Part shown: positions 37,857 to 48,810 of the stretch, piece by piece | How the letters are laid out: every line of letters begins with the position of its first letter | Numbering within the stretch: position 1 is the stretch's first letter | Sequence record: ON631220.1 | Reading direction: 5' to 3' (one strand) | Length of the DNA stretch: 64,000 nucleotides | The notes under the pieces: model-generated | What the model was told of the DNA's origin: nothing | Databases searched by the model: none | Seen by the model: the letters and a program-made list of their open reading frames with translations, nothing else | Translations under genes and position numbers: made by a program

Positions 37857-37887
37857 ATAACTAGGGATCTTATTGACCCCTAGTTAT
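37857..37887 (-). terminator. Stem-loop after uvsX/recA
   Basis: ATAACTAGGG...CCCTAGTTAT; on the minus strand the 3' arm runs into TTATGTC. Confidence 0.7.
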
Positions 37888-37918
37888 TTTAAAACTGGCG
37901 ATAACATCTATACTAACA

Positions 37919-39358
37919 TTAAGCTTTTGCTTTAGCTAGTTCAAGAGGTACAATTTTAGCTTTTTCTTCGTCAGTCATCCAGTATGGTTTATATTCACTT
38001 TTACGCATGCGTAGTAGGTCATACGTGGATAGGAATTTTTTATCACTAAATTGTTCGTCTTCTTCGAACATCCAATAGCCACGAGTATTATTAAGAATAA
38101 TATCCCAATCATAACCCATTACTTTAAGATCAGCATATAGTTCAGCTGGAGTTACTACATAATCTCCAAGATTCCAACGTTGGAATTGAATTAATTGTAG
38201 CATTTCAGATTGGATTTCAACAGCTCGTTGTAGAGCAGGGTTATCCATCAATTTCTTACGAACAGTGGTTCGACTTAGTTTGATATCAGGACATAGCTCA
38301 ACGAAGTAGTTAATGTTATTACCACCAATCCCCCAATCATTTTCACGGCAATAATGGAATTCCGATAGTGATGGAAGAATACCTTCAGTCTGTGAAACAA
38401 TGAGATGGAATGGTAGACCAGTAATTCCACCTTTACCACGTAGGTTAATAACTTCTAGAATGCGTAGATCTGTATCGCCTTCAATAGCAGTTGAATTGTC
38501 AATTGGATATAAAGGCATTTTTTCTTTATTGACTAACGGTTTATTAGATTCAATAGAAAACACATTATTCGGTAAAGAGTAGAAACCACCTGATACCCCT
38601 TTAAGAACCGTATCCTTCTTCATATGCGATAGATTACGTTTATCAGTAGGGTACATCTCAATTTGAATGATATCTCCAACGTGTGCAGTGAGAATCATGT
38701 ATGTACTGGTTTTAGCACAGATCTGTGGCAGTTGGTTAAATAACTGATTCTTAGCTTTACCATTAGTCATTGCATCAGTGTTTACTTTAGAATCACCGAT
38801 AGCATTTTTAGCATACATTTCAGACACAGCTGAGACAATGAACTTTGAGAAACTATCAATGAACCCACCAGTTGGGTACAGTGCTTTCTTATTATTACCA
38901 TTCACATCAAGAAATGGGGTAGTGCGTAGATAATCTTTTTCAGCTTTCTCTTTTTCAGATAATGCATCTCGGAAGATTTTGAACCACTCATCCCCAGTAT
39001 AACGAGATAAGTCAGTAAACATGTATTGCTCATCATTTTCCCAATCGATGGCAGCAAGCTCAGGATAAGCTTGTGCTAAAGATGTAAATCGAGCACCTGG
39101 GTTTAATGTACCTTCTGTATCATAAGTCATTGCATGTGCACCGGGGAAAGCACGGCGCATCATTGCCATGAGGTAGATACCTAATGCAGTTTTAAAATTG
39201 TTAGGTCGTGAAGCAATACCAGTTAGTGATCCCATACCACCATTTAGAATCATTTCACCATGCTTACCTTGTTCATACTTACCAGTTGAAATGTCCATAA
39301 GGCATCCGATGTTAAGAGCCGGTCGGAAAGCTGGACGTTCGAAATGTTTACCAAACAT
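37919..39358 (-). CDS. uvsX: RecA/UvsX-like recombinase (phiKZ gp152)
   Basis: 479 aa; variant P-loop SRPNNFKT, YDTEG, and Walker B-like FIDS; GGAG SD. Confidence 0.85.
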   Translation of the reverse strand: MFGKHFERPAFRPALNIGCLMDISTGKYEQGKHGEMILNGGMGSLTGIASRPNNFKTALGIYLMAMMRRAFPGAHAMTYDTEGTLNPGARFTSLAQAYPELAAIDWENDEQYMFTDLSRYTGDEWFKIFRDALSEKEKAEKDYLRTTPFLDVNGNNKKALYPTGGFIDSFSKFIVSAVSEMYAKNAIGDSKVNTDAMTNGKAKNQLFNQLPQICAKTSTYMILTAHVGDIIQIEMYPTDKRNLSHMKKDTVLKGVSGGFYSLPNNVFSIESNKPLVNKEKMPLYPIDNSTAIEGDTDLRILEVINLRGKGGITGLPFHLIVSQTEGILPSLSEFHYCRENDWGIGGNNINYFVELCPDIKLSRTTVRKKLMDNPALQRAVEIQSEMLQLIQFQRWNLGDYVVTPAELYADLKVMGYDWDIILNNTRGYWMFEEDEQFSDKKFLSTYDLLRMRKSEYKPYWMTDEEKAKIVPLELAKAKA

Positions 39359-39455
39359 GTTGACTCCATTTTTTAAGTTAAACAGTCAATTAATTGATTT
39401 GGAGAGTAATTTTATGTCTACATATTCAACAATCCTTGCGCAAGGAAATTAAGAC

Positions 39456-40370
39456 ATGTTTAACATCCATAAATACGCTAAAAGTATTTCACTAGAAAAT
39501 GATTGTCAGGATCTAATTGAATCTGACAATATTGTTAATGATGATATTAGTTTAGTACAAGTTGATCCAAAACAACAGCTTGTAGATATTACTGAGACTA
39601 TTTCTCAAGAAGCTAATTTCGCAACAAACGCTATTAACATTATCAATAAACGCGGTGCTAATTTTGCTATCGCTGCTCGTAATGCATTTACGTCGATGAC
39701 TAACTGGAGTAATCAAATTATTCCTGAGTTCCATCCAGCGCAGATGCGCCATTTAGTTTCACACATTGATTATTTAGAAGTAGCAAATACAATCGTGCCA
39801 CAACCAGTTGGTTTTAATGGTGAGATTCCAGACTATGTTGATTATCTATTAACAGAAGCTAAGGAAATGGCCACTATTATTCCAGCGGTATTAGACCCGG
39901 TTAAAGCACAACTTGGATATTATCTACAACAGCGTGCTGATCGAATGGATAAGCGTGGCTTTGCTAATTCATTTGCAATGGCATCGATCAATGATCTTGC
40001 TAAAGATGCTTCTTTCTATGACAGTGACAACCGGTCAAGTACAGCTGAGTTTGGTAAGCTTTACCCATCATTAAATTCATTTGTTGACGCAACAAAGAAA
40101 ATGAACGATATTCGTAGCATTTTATCACGGGTTCGTCCAAATGATGTAAAACGTGCTTCAGAAGCGCTTAGTCAATTAATTGATAGCTTTATGGAGGATG
40201 TTATGGATAGTAACTCTGACACCTCTCCAGAGCTATTACAGACATTAATTGAAGGGGTTACATGGGCAGCAGACCATGTTGAACGTTATTCAACACTCTT
40301 TACTAAGATTGTTGAGACTGCGAACACAATGAAAGCCACTGAAGATATTCTTCGTGAAATCATTGGATAA
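39456..40370 (+). CDS. Virion head protein (gp153-like)
   Basis: 304 aa with an N-terminal S-L-E protease-type site (SISLE|N) and an AGGA SD. Confidence 0.82.
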   Translation: MFNIHKYAKSISLENDCQDLIESDNIVNDDISLVQVDPKQQLVDITETISQEANFATNAINIINKRGANFAIAARNAFTSMTNWSNQIIPEFHPAQMRHLVSHIDYLEVANTIVPQPVGFNGEIPDYVDYLLTEAKEMATIIPAVLDPVKAQLGYYLQQRADRMDKRGFANSFAMASINDLAKDASFYDSDNRSSTAEFGKLYPSLNSFVDATKKMNDIRSILSRVRPNDVKRASEALSQLIDSFMEDVMDSNSDTSPELLQTLIEGVTWAADHVERYSTLFTKIVETANTMKATEDILREIIG

Positions 40371-40372
40371 CA

Positions 40373-40410
40373 GCATAAGCCCTCTCCCAAAAGGAGAGGG
40401 CATTATGTCG
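40373..40410. terminator. Bidirectional terminator
   Basis: GCCCTCTCC-CAAAA-GGAGAGGGC between convergent genes, with CATAA/TTATG arms. Confidence 0.88.
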
Positions 40411-40416
40411 TACCAA

Positions 40417-40836
40417 TCAATTTGGAATACACTTCTCATGTAAACTTAATTTAAAGAGAGTTTTCAAATCCTTTAAAAAAGTTGCATCATCAGCATATTT
40501 CATCCAACACGGAGTCTTACGAATAAGCCTCATGAAAAATTGATCAGTGGTTAGATCTGCTTTATCAATCTTATCGATTGCTATCACGCCTTTCCATACG
40601 TACGGCCCATAATGAATTGGGAGTCGTAAGGCAGCTTCATCGCGTACTAGTTTCATGTTAGAATTCAAATGAGAGATCTTTTCACACTCATTTGTCTTAC
40701 ACTGTACTATAACGGAGTACAGTGACGCCATGACGCACATCCGCTTTAGTTCGGGATCAGCATAGTCCCAGAGCTTAATCCAAATTGCCCTGAAACCATT
40801 CTTAACCGACTTTTTGAATCTGCTAATAAGGTTCAT
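40417..40836 (-). CDS. Hypothetical protein (gp154 position)
   Basis: Start moved to ATG 40836 (MNLISRFKK), 10 nt after the RNase H stop; 139 aa. Confidence 0.75.
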   Translation of the reverse strand: MNLISRFKKSVKNGFRAIWIKLWDYADPELKRMCVMASLYSVIVQCKTNECEKISHLNSNMKLVRDEAALRLPIHYGPYVWKGVIAIDKIDKADLTTDQFFMRLIRKTPCWMKYADDATFLKDLKTLFKLSLHEKCIPN

Positions 40837-40846
40837 GGAATACCCA

Positions 40847-42295
40847 CTATTTTGGGAGAATAAATTGTGTATAGGGTGATTGATAGATAGCTGAACCATC
40901 ATCCGTCACGAACACAATTGAATATGAATAAGAATATGGGCCTTCAGCTACTACAAGAATTTCCATTTTAACTTTATTAGCTCCAATACGAGCTAATTGG
41001 TTTCTACTTGGAATATCGATATTTAATACAAGCTTTAATTTTATCTTACGATCTTTAAATGTGATCGGAACTTCTACAAAGCCTGTATTAGATGTAATCG
41101 TCTTAAGTAGTTGATAGCCAACTTTCTTACCCTTTGCGACTTCCTCGAAGAAGTGCTCGGTAATATCAATAATACCAACCGACTCTCCAAGTTTACCAGC
41201 CAAGTAATCTTCAAGACGACTGCGCATAACATTAAATGTAGCTACAGCATCATTTGCCATACGTGGTGGATTAAGAGTCCGACTAATGAGTTCATCTGTT
41301 GGCGTCGACAAAACATTGATATCTTTCCATACGACTAGAGCAGGTAGCCCCATGGATTCAATTTTCTGTCGAATGGTTGCACGATATGCGTTTGCCAAAT
41401 TGATGATACCCAGTTCTGGATTTTCAGTACCCAGTGCTTCTGTATGCATATTAATTAGTAACTGGAGATACTCATCTGGTTCATTTGCCTTATATACACT
41501 GAAGGTTGCTTCAGAGATACGACGCCCTAAAATTAAATCAGCTTTAGCTAATTTATCTTTAGCAGTGTCTTTTGGTTTATGACCATAGTTATGCATACGA
41601 CCTAAGTTATAGGTGTAATAGAACCCATCTGGTTCTTCTCCAGAGTTAATGGCGAAGAGTAACCTACTTTCGAGGATAAGTGGATTAACAACTTGTTTTT
41701 TAAGTTTGTTAATTTCCTCGCCTTTAACCGAAACCATCACTGGCTTATCATTATTCTGTCCCGAACCAAGCTTAGCGTTAGCATCAGCTTTTTCATTACC
41801 AATGTCTCCGTTATGTCCACGGACCCATTGGATGCTTAATGGTTTATTAGTTTCTTCCCATTTAGCTTTTAGTTCGACCATCTGTTTCCATAGGTCCTGG
41901 TTTGCTACCGGCGTGCCGTCTGATTTAATCCAATTAGACTTAATCCATTTGGGTAAATATGCGGTCATACCTTTTCTAACGTATTCACTATCCATGAGCA
42001 TCGTTAGTCTAGGAGCATCTGCTTCATGGGCTATTTTGAAAGCCTCAATCGCAGCGGTTAGCTCACCTGTATTATTAGTAGGGTTATTAGTTACACTACC
42101 AAATGCATCAATATAATTTAAAACAGTGCATGTCTCATCTGCACCTACATCTAAGTATCCCTTAGCTGTTGGTTGCTGTTTGGTGGCTGCTTTAGATTTC
42201 ATTGCAACATTTTCATAGGTATAACCATGAATACCCCAACCAGCTTTACCCTGTCGGAATGATCCGTCAGTGTATAAAACCATACCGTCTGACAT
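40847..42295 (-). CDS. rnhA: Ribonuclease HI with a long C-terminal extension (phiKZ gp155)
   Basis: LYTDGS, NNTGEL-x-A, MDSEY and WVRGHNG-x-x-GNE-x-AD motifs. Confidence 0.92.
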   Translation of the reverse strand: MSDGMVLYTDGSFRQGKAGWGIHGYTYENVAMKSKAATKQQPTAKGYLDVGADETCTVLNYIDAFGSVTNNPTNNTGELTAAIEAFKIAHEADAPRLTMLMDSEYVRKGMTAYLPKWIKSNWIKSDGTPVANQDLWKQMVELKAKWEETNKPLSIQWVRGHNGDIGNEKADANAKLGSGQNNDKPVMVSVKGEEINKLKKQVVNPLILESRLLFAINSGEEPDGFYYTYNLGRMHNYGHKPKDTAKDKLAKADLILGRRISEATFSVYKANEPDEYLQLLINMHTEALGTENPELGIINLANAYRATIRQKIESMGLPALVVWKDINVLSTPTDELISRTLNPPRMANDAVATFNVMRSRLEDYLAGKLGESVGIIDITEHFFEEVAKGKKVGYQLLKTITSNTGFVEVPITFKDRKIKLKLVLNIDIPSRNQLARIGANKVKMEILVVAEGPYSYSYSIVFVTDDGSAIYQSPYTQFILPK

Positions 42296-42350
42296 TATTG
42301 TTTCCTCATGTGATCGATTACTAAACTAGATAATAATTCTATCAAGTAAA

Positions 42351-42752
42351 TTACTCATCACACTTTGCACGCCATTCTTCATATGCTTGCTCAATTTTAG
42401 CGCGCTCAGATACAATATGTGACTTTAATTCTTTTATATAGTCAGTCAACAAGATATCGATTTGTTCCGGAGTTTCTATAAACTCTGTAATAATCGGTGT
42501 TGGCGGTACCGGTTTCTTTCTTGGTAGTTCGAAAACCATACACTTCTTACTAGTATCCTTACTATATTTTTTAGGTGTAGGCAGAACTTTTTGTATTACC
42601 TCTTCTTTAGTTGTAACAACAGATGTATGATCATCTGTAGAAGAGGAGTGCTCATATTGGACCACAGTCGTGTTGTGCGTGTGGTACTCATGTGGCGTAT
42701 AAACACAGCCACTGATAAGTGGTAGGAGTATTAGAAAGAACTTTCTTGACAT
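42351..42752 (-). CDS. Putative lipoprotein (o-spanin-like)
   Basis: Start at ATG 42752 (GGTGGA SD): MSRKFFLILLPLISG|C lipobox, a Pro-rich segment and a C-terminal helix. Confidence 0.75.
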   Translation of the reverse strand: MSRKFFLILLPLISGCVYTPHEYHTHNTTVVQYEHSSSTDDHTSVVTTKEEVIQKVLPTPKKYSKDTSKKCMVFELPRKKPVPPTPIITEFIETPEQIDILLTDYIKELKSHIVSERAKIEQAYEEWRAKCDE

Positions 42753-42772
42753 GTGATCCACCAATTTGGTAC

Positions 42773-43063
42773 TTACTTTAGCAAGTCATTTAAACGACGG
42801 CGGCGCTCAAGCATTTCAGCCTTCTCAGGCGTCATTTTCTTGAGTCGATCCATTTCGGCTTTAACGGCCCAGTTGCTTGCTTTAACTGACTTCAACTCAC
42901 TAGTCACTATGAATAAGGTACCTAGTAATATTACAACTAGGATTAACATTGCCGTGACATGTTTGTTTTCCAGCAACACTTCCTTAATTGTTCTATCACC
43001 AAAGATAGCCCTCTTAAGGAATGGCCAAACGAAGAGCAAGGCTTTAATAGTCAAACCGAGCAT
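42773..43063 (-). CDS. Small membrane protein (TM plus coiled coil)
   Basis: 96 aa with a GAGGT SD; TM segment VTAMLILVVILLGTLFIV followed by a charged helix. Confidence 0.78.
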   Translation of the reverse strand: MLGLTIKALLFVWPFLKRAIFGDRTIKEVLLENKHVTAMLILVVILLGTLFIVTSELKSVKASNWAVKAEMDRLKKMTPEKAEMLERRRRLNDLLK

Positions 43064-43238
43064 GATGACCTCTGTTAGTACTATGCCTACCCATAAAAGC
43101 CAGTATTGGCATTTCTATCAATAGACTGTTACAAGGGTATTACGTAAAGCTCATAATACCAGACTTTTTATTTTAACACAACTAGAACAGACTGATTTTA
43201 TAGATGGAAACCCATCGCGCTCTAATTATGAGGATTAA

Positions 43239-44579
<1,341 letters not shown>

Positions 44580-44589
44580 TGCATAAATG

Positions 44590-44611
44590 AGAGAGGGCAA
44601 AGGCCCTCTCT
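44590..44611 (+). terminator. Stem-loop with arms in reverse order relative to the common family
   Basis: AGAGAGGGC-AAAG-GCCCTCTCT followed by TATATT. Confidence 0.7.
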
Positions 44612-44634
44612 TATATTAATCTAAAGGTGGTGCA

Positions 44635-45585
44635 ATGCGTAGATTCACTCTTAATCTTGCGGATAACCCGCGTGGACAAGATCCACGAATAGGTTTCTTC
44701 AAAGCAGTTACAACAGCATATCCGGATTTAGGTTTATCTGAGGATAAGTCCATTATTGTAATGGTAATGGATAGTGTAACTATCGATGAGCCTAATAGGG
44801 CATTTGTTCGCATTCAGAAAGATGCAACTAATAGTGCTGTTTATTACGACTTTCTTTATAATCGTTTTAATGTTAATGATTATATTAAAAATCCATATTG
44901 GACAGCATCAGAAGTAACGGTTGTTCAAGGGTTAAAAAATAGCGAAGCTTTAGTTGCGTATGTTGCTAATAAAGCTAAATTAAATTTTACTGCTAGTGAC
45001 ATATGGTTAGAAATATCTAATATAACGTATACCGGTGGTAAGAAACAACCAAACTTTTTATTTAAAGCTATTGATTCGTCACTATGGTGGAGAGGATGGT
45101 TAAATCTATGGTTACATTCAGGTGGTGATGTTGACCCTGATCCGCCGGACCCTGATCCAGATCCTGATCCAGAACCAACAGATGGATATCAGATATTCCC
45201 GCAATTGCTTGTACCATTTACAATTACAGTTGATAATGAAACAGGTAAATTTGGTAATTGGATTTGTCCACCTTATGACCAAGCTATAGGTAGACTATTA
45301 GTACTAATGCCTAAACCAGATGATGCTCAAATAGTAGAGTCACCTAAAGGTGTTATACTGCCCTCTGGTAATAGCGAGAAACTTAAAGCTGGTGCTGAAT
45401 ATCGAATACTGAATTTAACTAATGAAGATGTTGATATAGCCACTGCTTATCAACAGAGTATCATTAGGCCAATGTATACAAGTACTGGTTTCTTACCTAA
45501 TAATGGCTATACTCGATTTATCTGTTATAATGAAACAACTAAAGCGATGTATACACTTGGTCTATCATGGTGGATGCAATCATGA
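44635..45585 (+). CDS. Two-domain structural/fibre-like protein with a Pro-Asp linker (gp158 position)
   Basis: 316 aa; gp127-like N-terminal module, then the DPDPPDPDPDPDPEP linker and a beta-rich C-terminal domain. Confidence 0.82.
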   Translation: MRRFTLNLADNPRGQDPRIGFFKAVTTAYPDLGLSEDKSIIVMVMDSVTIDEPNRAFVRIQKDATNSAVYYDFLYNRFNVNDYIKNPYWTASEVTVVQGLKNSEALVAYVANKAKLNFTASDIWLEISNITYTGGKKQPNFLFKAIDSSLWWRGWLNLWLHSGGDVDPDPPDPDPDPDPEPTDGYQIFPQLLVPFTITVDNETGKFGNWICPPYDQAIGRLLVLMPKPDDAQIVESPKGVILPSGNSEKLKAGAEYRILNLTNEDVDIATAYQQSIIRPMYTSTGFLPNNGYTRFICYNETTKAMYTLGLSWWMQS

Positions 45586-45986
45586 GTGAATTCTGTTATA
45601 TCTACCCACCTATGAAAGTAATTGATACGTCTAAAGCAACTGGACGTAAGTTTGATATTGACTCAACTTATCTTAATGCACACATTATCGTTGAAGATCC
45701 TAATTATACTGATAATGATAATTCAGATAGTCCATTTATAGTAAATTTACCAGCTACTGCTTATGATACCAAAAAAGGTAAATATGTATTTACTATTGCT
45801 AATAAGACAAATGGATTACTGGTGATTCGTGCTTATGGTAATCGTTTAGTTGGTAACAGAGTACTCAAAGTTGACTGTCAATTAAACAAAGGTGAGGCAT
45901 GTGAATATAGAACGGTTTATAATTCATTAGAAAATGAATTATACTGGTCTATTGAAGGACGTGTAATGATGGATGTACAGGAGTAA
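45582..45986 (+). CDS. Hypothetical beta-rich protein (gp159 position)
   Basis: Start moved to the ATGA overlap at 45582; 134 aa. Confidence 0.75.
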   Translation: MSEFCYIYPPMKVIDTSKATGRKFDIDSTYLNAHIIVEDPNYTDNDNSDSPFIVNLPATAYDTKKGKYVFTIANKTNGLLVIRAYGNRLVGNRVLKVDCQLNKGEACEYRTVYNSLENELYWSIEGRVMMDVQE

Positions 45987-45989
45987 ATC

Positions 45990-46463
45990 ATGGCAGATAC
46001 ATCTAAATGTGATAATTTCATTCCTGGTGCATTTTACACAACAATAAATAAATATCCATTAAAAATGAAACACCCTCTTTATGGAGATGATGTTATTTAT
46101 AATCTACTAGATGTTAAAGATTATTTTGATACTAACATTATCTTTAAAGAAGAAGATGGATATGTATCATCGCCGACAACGCCTACATTCATTGGCACTG
46201 TTATTAAATACAATGCGTCATTGCCGAATGGATTTACTTTCGTATTAAGTTTCTATGAAAAAGATCCTATTAATGGCGCAGAGACTAGGAACTCATTAAG
46301 TTTTTGGGCACAAGACAAAGATGGTAAATTAGTTATACCTAGAGGTTTTCCATTTGAAGATGCTTCTGTGCGCGGTACGGTTGGACAAAGATTTATATTA
46401 GTCAGACCTAATGGCCAAACAACTGGTGATTATATTTGGGTTTGTCCTGGTCAAGCATTTTAA
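45990..46463 (+). CDS. Hypothetical protein (gp160 position)
   Basis: 157 aa with an AGGAG SD. Confidence 0.8.
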   Translation: MADTSKCDNFIPGAFYTTINKYPLKMKHPLYGDDVIYNLLDVKDYFDTNIIFKEEDGYVSSPTTPTFIGTVIKYNASLPNGFTFVLSFYEKDPINGAETRNSLSFWAQDKDGKLVIPRGFPFEDASVRGTVGQRFILVRPNGQTTGDYIWVCPGQAF

Positions 46464-46468
46464 TTTAA

Positions 46469-46496
46469 AGCGGATCTGCTTTAAAGCAGATCCGCT
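46469..46496. repeat. Perfect 28-bp palindrome (possible terminator)
   Basis: AGCGGATCTGCTTT|AAAGCAGATCCGCT. Confidence 0.85.
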
Positions 46497-46537
46497 ATTA
46501 TTTCGTCTTAAAGTAACTATAGTGCTCAATTGAATGA

Positions 46538-47197
<660 letters not shown>

Positions 47198-47232
47198 CAA
47201 CCTTATGAACTTTAATACTCCGGAGTTTTAAA

Positions 47233-48801
47233 ATGGCTAAGAAAAAAACAGTTCCCGCAATGGATTTCTTTGCAAGTCTTGAGCGCGTTTCTGATGCTGA
47301 AGATAAGAATGTCAATCTTGATGTTGGTAAAGAATTACCAGAACAATTAAAAGATGATGAAGATGGTAAAGTAAATCCATGTGATGAAGTTACCAATGTC
47401 GTTACCAATACCCCAATTGACGTATGCAAAGGTCCAGATGTTGATGGAACTGCTGATAAGATCAATGATAAGAAGATTCATGTTAGTCAAGGGCTAAAAG
47501 AATTCCAAGTAGCTAAAGGTGATCGTGTTGAAAACGAAATCACTGAAACAGCTGATGAAATGATCACTAAAGTAAGTGATACTAAAGATCTTAATGTTAG
47601 TACCAAAAAACCACACCAAATTGCAGATGTCCCATCGAATGAAGACATTTCTATTATGGAAGCCAATGAGACTGAGCAGCTAGACCATGGCTATGATGCC
47701 ACCGCACTACTGGAAACTACTGAAGATATCATCACTGGTGAACTAGATGATCATCTAGAATCATTATCAGTTGAAATGTTTACAATTGTAAATGAACTGA
47801 CTAAAGTAGAATCTGTTCAAACTGCATTAGAAAACTATATTGGTTTAGTTAGTAACCGCCATCATCGCGGGCATGATGTCGATCATGATCTAGCTAAAGC
47901 TATTAGCATCGCGCTAGAGTCATTTGACTATAAATATTTTAATAACACTGTGCCATCAATGGAATCCTTTATATCACCGCTAACTCGGCCTAAAGCTTCT
48001 ATTGAAGTATTAGATAATCTACAAGCTAAAGCAAAAGAAGTATCTACTGTTGCATTAGATTTCATTAAGAAGCTAATTCGCATTGTTGTAGAAACTTATC
48101 AACGTATTCGCCAGAATGTCAGTAATCAAATAGAACGCGTTAATAAGATCATGAAACGCGTTAAAGAGAATGAACTACCCGATGAAGTTCGTACTATCGC
48201 AATTCCACGCGATCTGATTCTAGGTGACACTGGTGAGAGTTGGGTGGGTGTAGACCCTGTTCAGGGGGTCACTGTAATCCGTAATCTATTTGACAGTATT
48301 GAAAAGAATGGACTGCGTGCTCTTAAAGCAGCCTTAGCTGGAAAAACAACTGATGATAAAGCACTGGCTTTAGCTAAAGGTATGTTTGGAACAGCTACCA
48401 AAATTAATGCTAATGGTGTTCGCTATGCTAGTCCGGTTGTACCCGGTAATCGTGTTTATACCTTTGGTAAAGACAAAGCTGCGGTAGACTTCTCCATTCT
48501 TGATGCACCGGGTAAACCCAACTATGGAATTACTGTTGAACTATTAGTTGATAAGAATGTTGTTATGGCTCAGCTAAAAGCAGTTCATAACCTTCTAAAT
48601 CATCTAAATAATATTCGCGGTATCTCTAAAGAGTCAACTGCTGAAATCATTGCACAGATGACTGATAAAGAAGCAACTAATGTCGGTAAGGCTTATCTAA
48701 CTGGCACCACTGAAGCTAGTAATGATCTGTTTAAATGTGTGATGATTTGGATCACCGTACTTGAGAAACTAGTTGATAGTGAAATCAAGGAAACTGAATA
48801 G
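47233..48801 (+). CDS. Internal head protein, phiKZ_IP family (gp162)
   Basis: 522 aa; acidic propeptide with several S/A/G-X-E sites (ASLE, TALE, IALE); GGAG SD. Confidence 0.88.
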   Translation: MAKKKTVPAMDFFASLERVSDAEDKNVNLDVGKELPEQLKDDEDGKVNPCDEVTNVVTNTPIDVCKGPDVDGTADKINDKKIHVSQGLKEFQVAKGDRVENEITETADEMITKVSDTKDLNVSTKKPHQIADVPSNEDISIMEANETEQLDHGYDATALLETTEDIITGELDDHLESLSVEMFTIVNELTKVESVQTALENYIGLVSNRHHRGHDVDHDLAKAISIALESFDYKYFNNTVPSMESFISPLTRPKASIEVLDNLQAKAKEVSTVALDFIKKLIRIVVETYQRIRQNVSNQIERVNKIMKRVKENELPDEVRTIAIPRDLILGDTGESWVGVDPVQGVTVIRNLFDSIEKNGLRALKAALAGKTTDDKALALAKGMFGTATKINANGVRYASPVVPGNRVYTFGKDKAAVDFSILDAPGKPNYGITVELLVDKNVVMAQLKAVHNLLNHLNNIRGISKESTAEIIAQMTDKEATNVGKAYLTGTTEASNDLFKCVMIWITVLEKLVDSEIKETE

Positions 48802-48810
48802 GTAAACATA

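Noticed and set aside
41111-42116. Plus-strand ORFs opposite RNase H
   Set aside because: Antisense shadows of a motif-supported gene.
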